Source: Selaginella moellendorffii
Lineage: Eukaryota > Plantae > Lycopodiophyta
Direction of reading: 5' to 3'
NCBI RefSeq assembly: GCF_000143415.4
Contig: NW_003314275.1
Coordinates: 1,965,419 to 2,029,418, forward strand
DNA length: 64,000 nucleotides
Shown: in pieces, positions 53,677-64,000 of the stretch
Layout of the letters: each line of letters begins with the position of its first letter
Position numbering within the stretch: the stretch's first letter is position 1
Notes under the pieces: model-generated
Told to the model about the DNA's origin: nothing
Database searches by the model: none
What the model saw: the letters and a program-made list of their open reading frames with translations, nothing else
Program-made: the position numbers and the translations under genes

Positions 53677-54088
53677 GCCAAAACCTTTGTTATCAATTTC
53701 ACTTAAAAGTCATTCCTCTGAAGTAAGCTAACATCAGGTTTTCTTGCTATTTCTTTTACAAAAGCGTCCTTCTCCGGGATGAAACAGCAATCAGTGCGTT
53801 CTTCTGTCCATGGTTACGAACAAGAGACAAGTAAGCAATCAATCTCTAGAAGGTTCTATATTCCTTGCTCAGGAATTTCCTTTTCAAAATCATAGGTACC
53901 GTTCAACTTCTGAAAAACTGAAAGGCCGGTGTCATGTACATCACAAAGCCCTCCACGATTCCATGGCCATGCACGACTGGCCAGCAACCACTTGTTCCAA
54001 ATTAGAAGCTGCCACGGCAGCACCAGGGCTACGATTGGGGATTTTAAGCTTCGAAGCTTGAAAGTTTTCGCGGAGTTTGGATCACTTC

Positions 54089-56476
54089 ATGGCCAACGTG
54101 AGCAGTATCGTAGATGGTTTGCGGCGGAGCGAACGCAAACAAATTCCCTTCTATCTGCTCTACGATCACAGGGGCTCGGAGCTCTACAAGAAGATCACGG
54201 AGCTGAAGAGCTACTACCCTTTCGAGGCTGAGAAGGCTTTGTTCCAGAAGCATGCACTCGACATTGCTGGACAGATTGCCCCCGGCAGCCTGATTGTCGA
54301 ATTGGGATGTGGTGTTGCTGACAAGACCGCTCTTCTCCTCAATGCGATCCTCTCCAAGCATCAGAGGTTTGAGTTTTCTTTGTTTTCTTTGTAACGTTCC
54401 TATCTTTTTCTTCTTGCTGTTCTTGATCGTCCTTGGCCTTTGTGCTTGCTTCTCCAGGTGCCATTACGTTGGTATCGATGTCTCCCGGGCTGCGCTGGAC
54501 GAGGCCGAGACTTCAATGGAAAAGAGCGATGATCTCGAGCTGGAGCTTGTTCATGCCGATTACTTGGAAGGGCTGGAGATGGTTCGAAAGAAGTATCCAG
54601 ACAGACTCATTTGCATCCTCTGGCTTGGAAGTAGCATCGGGAACCTCTCGCAATCCGAAAGCGGCGACTTCGTTGGTCGAATGCTCAAGATAGTTGGGTT
54701 CCGGTGCCAGTTTTTTCTCTGCGTCGGTGAGTACTTCTCTCTCTTCTCTAATTTGATCACGGTACGTTTCCTCCATTTGTCCAGACCTGTGGAAAGATGA
54801 GGCCACTCTGCGAGCAGCTTACGAGGATAAGCAAGGCGTTACTGGAAGTTTTATAAAAAATGGCATGAAGCACGGGCTGGAGCTTCTCGGGCATTCCGTA
54901 TCTGACGACGAGGTTCACGAAGATTGGGAATATGAGGTACAGATCAATAGCATGTCCCGGCAAGTTGAGATGTACGTTCGTTTTCTCCGATCACTCTGCC
55001 TAGTCGATCACGACATCGAAATAAGGTTCGCAACTCGACACTCGCTAAGTTGACATGTGTCGTCGGTTCTTTTTCCATATTTGTTTTCTTCCTGGCAGTA
55101 AAAACGAGAGAGTCCTCGTCGAGATCTCGAGAAAGTTTACAGTAGAGGACGTATTACAGCTCGTCAGTCAGCTCGGCTTTGTTTGCCACGCCAGGTGGAC
55201 GTCGAAAAGCTATGGCTGCTTTATGATGCTTTCTTGTGAGGAGGCCGCAATCAGGTGTTGGACGGACACAGACAAGCTTTTCAAAGGCGTCGGTGATTGG
55301 ATGTCCCAACCGATCCCATATCGTCACCCATATTGTTTCTACTAGTAAGTGGCGAGTCGTGAATGATTTGTGGTTGACAAATACTTTTGGTGTTGCAGTG
55401 GCCACGTAACAGCTTTCACCATTATCAAGCTGCTCAAGGACGAGTCGGACACGGGTCTCAACCGTGTCTTCTCGCGCGGAATAGATCCTTTCATGTTGGA
55501 CCCCAGCCGCTGTCATAAGCATCCAGAAACTCCAGCCCAGTGGCCAGACAAGGAGACGCTCAGAAAATATACCATGGATGGCCGAGCCCGAGTCCTGGAG
55601 TACCTGAGAGACGGCAACCCGGACATGCGACGCCTCTGCCTCGTCCTCGAGCACGAGCGAATGCATCAGGAAACCATGGCCTACATGCTAGCCCAGGAAC
55701 GCAAGCTCCAGTTCGAAGCTCCTGTTCTCACTTCTCCTCACGAGCTCGGGCTCGCGGACGGGAACGGGACTTCAAAGCCGGCAGCTACCGACGTCTTCTT
55801 CACCAGAGGCACCGTTGTGCTGGGAAGTGATCCAATTCCCAGTGTCTTCCGCTTCGACAACGAGGAGCCGTCTTACAAGACTCAAGTGGAGCACGACTTC
55901 TGCATCAGTTCCATGCCAGTTTCGATCGGGGAGTTTATGGTCTTCGTCCAGGACGGGTGCTACAACAAGAGAGAACTCTGGCAGGAAGACGATTTTACGT
56001 TCCTGGAGAGGAGTGGTCACAAGTTTCCTGCAACGTGGTCCTGCTCCCAGGGGGACTATTACGTACACTTTCCAGACAAGACGCTCTCCTGGATCGAAGC
56101 TCGTCACCAGCCTGTTTACGTGAGCCTGATGGAGGCCGAGGCTTTTTCCAAGTGGATGTGTTCCAGAGTGATGACCGAGGTTGAGTATCAGCGAGTTTTG
56201 GACGAGGAGTTTGCGAGGGAGGAGCAGAGGGTGAAGCATTTGAAGGATGGAGGATGGGAGTGGACGAGTTCGCTACTAGCACCGTTTGAAGGGTTCACGA
56301 GCATGGAAGAGTACCCGGAGTATTCGACGGACTTCTTTGACGGCTTGCACTACGTCCTCAAGGGGTCATCTCCAGCAACACATGTCTCACTGCTGCGGGA
56401 TTCCTTCCGAAATTTTTATCAGCGGCAGTACCCGTATGCTTTTGCCAAATTTCGGCTGTGCAAATCGTCACAGTGA
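54089..56476 (+). CDS. EGT1: Egt1-type bifunctional ergothioneine biosynthesis protein (EgtD histidine methyltransferase, DinB/FGE-like sulfoxide synthase), 5 exons
   Basis: EgtD motifs LYDHRGSELY..IT..YYP, VELGCG, WLGSSIGN and EISRKF. Sulfoxide-synthase motifs RHPYCFYYGH, FSRGIDP...CHKH..WP, EHERMHQET, GGWEWTSS, YSTDFFDG and FRNFYQ. Four short GT-AG introns restore the frame. Confidence 0.88.
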
Positions 56477-57165
56477 TTCCTCCTATAAAATTACTCCTAT
56501 AAAATAAAGGAAGAAGTTTTCCTGTTTATATTTTATTTTTTATGCAAAAAACAAAATAAAATAAAATATTTTAGAATCACGAAACTTTAAAAACTTTTAC
56601 AATATTATTTTAACTTTTACATTGAAAACCTTTATTAGATGTTAGATAAATAACAAAATGTTAACTTCCTTTTCTCGTAATTGTATAAGTAACATTGTGA
56701 ATGCATAAAATATGAAAATAGAATATAGAAATAAAACTTTAACCTATATATAAAAGTGAGTGGTACGGATTAAAACCAATCCAACTGCTCTACACTAATA
56801 TTAATATATAGCATCATAGCTGTACAATGTAAAATAAAAAAATGTAACTTTTAATATAATTTAATAGCAATATATTTGTGATAGTTTTTTTCAGCCAAGC
56901 TACCCGACTATCCAATTCACTGCTTTGTCAACAAAATGAACAGGTCTTGGCAAGCAAGGTCACCACCATAAACGTAGTGTGTTTCGTGTCCCTTGCCATA
57001 ACTCAAATCCAAATAGCACCTCAAGAGAAACTCCGAACTCCATCAATCTTCCAGCCAGACGAGCTTCGGCACCCTGCAGTGTGAACTTGTTGGGGATTGA
57101 CGTAATCATCGTGGCTGAGCCTCTTCAAGTCTTCCCAGTCCCGGAGGAACTTCCACAAGCCTTTG

Positions 57166-60100
57166 TCACACTTTTAAACTTCGTTACCAACCAAAAAAAT
57201 GAGGACTCTATGAACAAACCGCTATGAACAAAAAACAAACGACGCAACGAACCGCCACTCAAACCCACCTTTTCGACAGCTTCCCAACACCAGCGCCATT
57301 TTGGATCAGAATCCCCGACTGTCGAATAGAGCTCGGCTTGGAACCTGCCAACTCCAAAGACACGAAAACGATTACCAATGCAGCTAAGTACAAACATGGA
57401 AAAGCTTACCTCGCTTCGCAAGTTCCTCCGAAGCCACCGCCGCCAGCGGAATATCCGACAATCTCCGTAATCCAGCCATTGACACTGCGCTGGGGAGCTT
57501 CTTCTCACTTCGTGGAGGCCGAGGTATTTGAGACAATGAGCTACAAAAAAAGAGAAAGCAGTGTTGCCAAAGATCAAAACAAGCTACTGTAAGGCTCACC
57601 GTAGCTCGTTGGCATTGAGACCTGGCCTTGAGCTGTTTGTTGCTGCTCTCATGGTCTGAGATTGGTCGCTGGCCACCGTGAAAGAATCCTGGGACGCCTC
57701 TCCTTCAGACAAGTCCTCGTAGTTATTCTCCATAGCTGGCCAGTCCCCCGGTACGTTGTTCTCAAAAACTACGAAGGCGTCGCCGTCCACGGACCTGCGA
57801 GGCGTTTCCGGCAAAGTAACATCCGGTATATCTTCGGCAGCAGTTTCATCTTGACTCGGAGCACGACCAGCCTGTCAAAAGTAGATTAAGGATGGCAGCC
57901 ACTCCCAGCTTCAATTACCTCCATACTGCGCAATTCGACAGATCTCCTACTCCGGGCATCAATGGAGCGAGTGGACTGAGACACTCTCAGTTTCTGTTTT
58001 TCCACCTCCATGCTGCTACGAAGGACCCTCGAAGCTTGCAAGCGCTCTATTTCTGCATCCTTTTTGGCCAGTATCTCTTTCAAGGACATTATCTGAAAAT
58101 ATCAACCGTGAACCAAACTCTATTCATCTGGTTTGCCAAGAATGTACCTGCTCCTTGTATTCTCGAATTCCGCTCGCTTCTCTATTCGAACGTGCGGCAC
58201 CAAGCTCAACACTTGACACCCTCTCTGCAAACTTCAATGTACTTATTGTCTCCCCGTATGAATCATTGTCCGGGTTTATATGGACAAACATCAGAGCTTT
58301 TGCTTGACCACCTGTTCACGTCGGATATACATATAGATATCAGCAACCATGAGAACCTTACCCAGAGAATGCTGAAGGAGTTGTGTTAGCTTGCTATTTC
58401 GGTAAGGGATGTGCGTCTGCTTTTGAGCCAAAGCTGCAATAACATCCCCTAAAGCCGATAAAGACTTGTTGATATGTTGCGCCTCCTTCAATCTGTCTCC
58501 AGTCGCCTCTGACTTCTCCACTCGCTCACTTCCCGCGAGATCAACTAAGTGGAGACAGCCACGAAGAATGCAGCCCTTTGCAAGATCTGTGCCTTGCACA
58601 TGCACAGTCAGCACACTGCATAGAAAGAACCACGGGAAAGGTTATATTTCATTACAAAAACGAATAAAAACACTGACCTGTGAGATCGACTGCTGCGTTC
58701 ATTAAGAGCTGTAGCTCCTACAGCACGGTTCCTCTGTCCGACAGCCATGATTTCTAGCACATCTGAGCTATTTGCAACGGGGATCATAACAGCATCAGGT
58801 ACGTGGACGCCATTAAGTGACGAAGAGCTTCTTATGCCAAGTCTCTTGCTCACACCATCAGCAGCCAGGAGATCTCTCACTTGTTCATTGTAAATCTCAA
58901 TCATTTGCACCCCAACTTCGTAGGCAAAAGCGTCCCTCCTGCTTTGACATAATTGAAAAAGATCGTTTAGTGCTCGGTAGTTAACCCCCCAATCTTGTTT
59001 TGCAGTTGAACTTGGCCCTGTCTGCATCAATAGACGTTAATACACAAATCCTAACGGAGCTCACAGCTTACCATAGTATATGTTTTTCCAGAACCAGTCT
59101 GTCCATACGCAAAAATACAGACGTTGAAACCATCAAGCACCGATCGAATCAAAGGCTGCGCATCCAGAAAAACCTCGTCTGCATGCACGTGTCATTGTGA
59201 CTATTGGAGCAAAATATAGAACGTACCTTGTGGAGCTTGAGGGCCATAGACCTTGTTAAAATTAAACATCTTATAAGAGTCTTTTCCCTTTGTCGAATTT
59301 GCGACCATGATTTCCCCGTTTTGACCAACAAAATCAACGCAAGTCCCTTGATCTTTCTGACCAACAAGAAAAGGTCTAACTCGGCAGTAAACACGAATAT
59401 TTCCTGCAGGTAAATGGTATTAGAAGAGAACTAATGGAGCACTGTATACCCTTCAAGTCCTGTACTTCATTATACAGCTTGCGATTCTCTGCAAGAACGT
59501 CGTGGTACGCTTGAGCGGCTTCTGTTAGTCCTGTTAACTCATTTTCTGAAAGGGAACTAATGTCAGAAACAAGAAAGATTTTAAAAACTCATTACCAAGT
59601 CTAATAAGCTGATCTTGCCAACATTTCTGCATTTCGAGCGTTCCTGTTCTGATAAGTCCAGAGGTATGCTTCAGATTCTGAAAACAGACGTAATCGGAAG
59701 ATACAATCACCAGCTATTAATTTGACGTACCTGAAGTGCATTGGACTGGAAAGAGATTATTTGTTTGTACCGATCTTCGCGATTCTTGAACTCATTTCGT
59801 TCAAGAGACACACTGGCTTCAAAACTCCGCATCTGACTGAAAGAATCTTCAAGTTTCGCATCCATTTCCGAAAGCTTTCGCTTATATTCCTCCATTAACT
59901 TCTCATTTTCAATCTCCATTTCGTACTTCTTCCTCTGATCAGCTTTCATGACTTGAAGTTCATTTGTAAGAATCTCGATTGTGGTCTGCTTTTGATCTCT
60001 GTCCAGTACCAGCTTCTCGGTGTCACTTTCGTGTATCCGTTTCTCTTCCTCAAGTCTTTTGTTCTCCATCTGCGGAGCAAATTTGAGACGGTACGTAAAA

Positions 60101-61822
60101 GCTATACATAATTACCTTGGTTTGCTGCAATTGTTGAGTAACAAGCTGTCACAATAAACAACTCAGTAGGCTTGCACAGCAGTAAGCATATACAAACCTT
60201 TATTTCCTCGCCTGAACCTGCAGCTAATGCCTCCAGCACCTTAGCCCTCGATGACAGCTTACATTCTCGCGCCATCAGATCTTTGTGCAAAGATTTTAGC
60301 TACAAAAAATGATGGTTACTTAAACACTAAGAAAACTGCGGCTGTCTTACCTTCTTTACTTGCTCTCCCTGTAAACGAAGCCGCCGTTCAAATTCATCCG
60401 TCACCTTTTTTATCATATACTCGACGAGCTGAATGAACGAAGATTATCATCATGAAACGGACGTCAGCAGCTCTTTTAAACACTTACGACTGGGACTTCA
60501 TCAGGTTGCTTGTCACTAATAATAGACTTAACCAGGCTCGGAAGTGACTGCACGGGTTGGCCCTGAATCGTAAAGTTTGTCAACGAGGGAAACAAAATGG
60601 CAGCGCATGAACCTTCAAATTAGGATTAGTATCCAGATCCGATGCCTGAATATCTTGCACTCTCTTCACTTGAAGAACTTCTCGGAACCTTTGGCCAATC
60701 TGTTGTAAACGAGCGGCAGTGGAATCTGTAAACAACGAATATATTAAATTCCAATAACCCAGAACGTTACTCACCTGGCGAAGCAAAGGCTGACATCAGA
60801 TTTTCGGAGTCCAAGCCAGTATCATATCCTTGGTAGAAACCATTGAGTGAGGGAGATCTATCTCGGTGACCAATAGGAGAGCCTGCCTCGTATGCTACAG
60901 AAATATCAGTAGCCTCCGGTACATCTGCGCCAGGAATTGCCCAACGTTTCCTCGTATGGCTGCTTTTCGGTGTTATCGCAGGCTCGTACATGTCTTCCAG
61001 CCCCTTCACCGGACTCTTTGTACCAGAAAGCTTGTGAACACCATACTTCCAAGGACTAAATCCCTTGCCCTCTCTCTGGTCGTGATATGCCTTGAGCGCC
61101 AAAATGCAGTCCACCACTTTCGACAACGTCCCAGACGATAAACTACCCTGAAAGAATCCCCGATAGCACGTGACTAACAGGCATGCTTAAACAAACACAC
61201 AAACAAAGAACGCACGATCACAAACCTCAGCTAAGTCGGATGCTTCAAAACTTGGTAGCCGGAGATCTTCCACAGCAACCAGAAAGTTTCTCACGTTTTC
61301 AAAATACTGATACGCTGACAGGGCAGCATCGGGTGGGCTGGATGGAGGAGGACTCTCCACAATCTGGCACGCGAAGCGTGTGTTAGCTAAACAATGTATA
61401 AGATCCACGCACGATATAAAATCACCTTTGGAATAATGCCCGGATGTATCTTATTGAGAAGGTTGCAAAGCACCATTCCATTCCTCAAGGAAAACTTGAG
61501 CTCTTCTTCGCTAGGCTCATTGGAAATGCCCAGCCCCCCAAGCATCTCGTGTAGCCATCGCGCAGCTAAGAATCGCCTATGCGCTGCGACAAACAAGAAA
61601 GAATGAGTCATGCATGAGAAGTCTATAGCACCAAACGTTCTTACCTGCCTCCTCCGCTCTGCGCGATGCCATATGGATGTCGCTCAATCCCTCTTCCATC
61701 GGATCCTCCACGAAGAAATCTCGCGACTGCTGTCTGGAAATCTCCCTTTCCGAAACCACATTTCCACTGCGAGGGGAAGCTCCGCCAAACAATCGCCTCT
61801 CCGGTGCCATGGCTGGAAACAT
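57166..61822 (-). CDS. Kinesin-14 with N-terminal calponin-homology domain (KCH), multi-exon
   Basis: CH domain [26 protein letters not shown], a coiled coil, and motor motifs [28 protein letters not shown] and [10 protein letters not shown]. Ends approximate. Confidence 0.92.
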
Positions 61823-62328
61823 CCGAGCTGATCACAGCATGCCCCGGTGTGTCCTTCGCCAAATCACGGCATACCTTGCAGCAGCTGGAATCCGTGGAAA
61901 AGCCGCCGGCCAATTCAACAGCGCTCCAGCGGATCCCTGTCCCGCGGATTCAAACCCTAGGAGACCGGCCGCTACGATCACACCACAATTGCCGCTCGAC
62001 TCGTCGCCTGCTGAGAATGCACCTCCTTCCCCCTCGATCGACAGGCGCTAGGGCTTTTCCCGGCGCAACGGCAAACTTCTCCTCCCATGAAGAACTCAAA
62101 CCATCATCGACAGTCCCTCTTCTTCGTTCTCGAGACAGGCTCGGTCCCGGACCAAGAGCGTACGGAGCCACTTTCTAGGTCTGGTAGATTTACTAGAACG
62201 TACGGCTCGTCTGCCGAACCTGCTAAGCGCCGCCCGTTGGCCGCTTTTAAATTTATGCCGCTATTTCGTCACGGGAATATTCGCCGAGAGAAAGTGGGAG
62301 ATGCTCGTGAATTAAAAATCTCTTCATC

Positions 62329-63894
62329 TCACGAGAGTTCATTATAGATTCTCTGGCACTTCGCTGAGAGGATTTTCACCGCTTCTGTGAAGAGAACCTC
62401 GGGTGGAAGAGCTCCAGTCGATTCAACAGTGACTGGAGGAGCAGCAAAAACTTTGGCATCAGATCAAGCAGAAAAAAACGATCGCGTGACCAAAAACTTA
62501 CAGATGAAATGATCTTTCACACGCCTGAGCTGAACTCGCTTCTCCCAATCGTCTCCTCGTATACACTCCCTACACAGCGTGCAGCTCCTCGGTGCCGCTA
62601 CTCTGGCTCGTTTTCCTGGCAAGAAGAACATCAGCTAGAGACTAGAGACGAGCTTATAAAACAACACAAATACCTCCCATGATGTCCTCTATGTCAAACA
62701 CTTTCATGGGACATTTCTGGACCAGCTCTTCCGCAAGTTCGTCTTCGATCTCTTCTAGCAAGACAACCTGTTAAAACACTTGTTAGAAAATTATGGTCGT
62801 GATCATGTAAGCAAGTAGCTGTATACCTCCGGAAGCATCCTGTACGCGGCTGTAGCAACGGGCGACCACTTCGCGTGCGTTTTCCCGATTCCTTTGACGG
62901 CGTGAGCTTCCAATTCAATAGCCTACGAAAGCATTGTCATCCAAAACTGAGAATAAAAAACACGCACGAAGCAAGAATACTTTACCTGACCTGGTCTAAG
63001 CTTTGCCAATAAAATGTCCTTGTACCTTGGAGCGATATCGTTTTGAATCGTATCCTGCCGGCAGCTAAACGATGTGTAAGTTTTGTTTGAGTCGTCAGTC
63101 ATAGAATATAAGCTTCCTCCAGGAAGCCATTTGAGCTGGTCAGACTTTACTGCAACCGGAAATTAATCAATCACAGCGAGAGGAGATACGAAAGTAAAAA
63201 AAAACCTGAAGCATTGATCATGCGATCTCCCTGTCGCGTGCACTTCACTTCTAAGGAGAAAACAATAGTATTCTTCTCGGTCGCTACATCTTCGTCTGGA
63301 AAAATACTTTGCGTTACGAAGAAGAAAAGAGAAGCAAAAACGTACTAGTTTTCTCGTTGAAAAGTCTTGGATCGGCCTTGATGGGAACCAAACCCAGGCG
63401 ATGAGCGAAGACCTCGTCTTGAATCACCGACGTGTTATCTTTGATGAGAACTTTCTCAATAGCCATGGTTGGAACCTACAAAAGAAGGAGAGAAAAAAAA
63501 AACAGTTCCACAGACTGTGCTCGAGAAAATATTAGAAGAGAGTATTTCTCTTACCTCCGCGATCAAAATCCTCCGAAAGGCATTCGCAAGCGCGGCATCG
63601 ATTCCAATCATATCAAACTCGAGATCGTCCTCCGTCAGAGACTTGATCTCCACATGGAAGTTCCGCCGGAAATCGCCGAGCCGGAGGCTGTTGTCATAGT
63701 TGATCGAAGAATACGCCCCAGAGTACTGGACAGTCTCTGTCTATCGGTGGATCGATCGATCAATGCAAGAAAAATGGCTAAGCAAATCTGCCTAGAGAGA
63801 AGCAGCGACTTACATACGAAGGCGCATCCGAAGCGCAGATGACGCGAGTGCGCTGGAGCTCCAAATGCGCGGGCAGCCCTCCGCCTTCCCCCAT
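62329..63894 (-). CDS. RPAC1: RNA polymerase I/III shared subunit AC40, multi-exon
   Basis: [47 protein letters not shown] and [14 protein letters not shown]. Telo-box-like TTAGGGTT at about 63904. Confidence 0.93.
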
Positions 63895-64000
63895 TTGTGG
63901 GGTTTAGGGTTCTTCACAATACTCTGTTTTCTAGGGTTCTTGGGAAGCAAGGAGAAATGTCAGTGGCAGATCTTGCAGGATGCTCCATGCGAACAAGTCG

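Noticed and set aside
53810-54091. Upstream in-frame ORF separated from EGT1 by one TGA (54059), suggesting selenocysteine or read-through
   Set aside because: Land plants lack the Sec machinery, and the extension shows no recognisable homology. ATG 54089 already precedes the EgtD domain.
54089-56476. Assignment as OvoA (ovothiol) or as microbial contamination
   Set aside because: OvoA has a C-terminal methyltransferase, whereas this gene has an N-terminal EgtD type. Host-like introns and plant neighbours argue against contamination.

Overview
Eukaryotic plant genomic DNA. Compact GC-rich genes with very short GT-AG introns (about 45-100 bp) suggest a lycophyte, most likely Selaginella; the taxon is an inference. 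Conserved genes: LPEAT2-type EF-hand acyltransferase, three tandem ELIPs, a HAD phosphatase, two EF1A copies, organellar SSB, mitochondrial-type RPL3, a GHR1/SIRK1-like LRR pseudokinase, a CCCH-LOTUS-RRM protein with a possible RING tail, a DAG-kinase-like protein, a SEC12-like WD40 protein, a CH-domain kinesin-14 and Pol I/III subunit AC40. AT-rich accessory tracts (about 1-11.5, 15-21, 29-32 and 33.6-38.9 kb) separate some of them. Highlights: (1) an intron-containing, fungal Egt1-type ergothioneine synthase (EgtD methyltransferase fused to a sulfoxide synthase) at 54.1-56.5 kb; (2) a candidate defence system present as two clusters, combining three decayed aegerolysin-like genes with six copies (two intact) of an unrecognised small secreted Cys-protein family, plus a very AT-rich intronless gene fusing an unknown domain to a B-lectin; (3) a decayed RPA70-bearing, Helitron-like insertion inside the ELIP array; (4) inverted and chimeric gene fragments, long hairpins, and a dense GTAC cluster upstream of the second EF1A. 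All exon boundaries and family calls were made by eye, without database searches.
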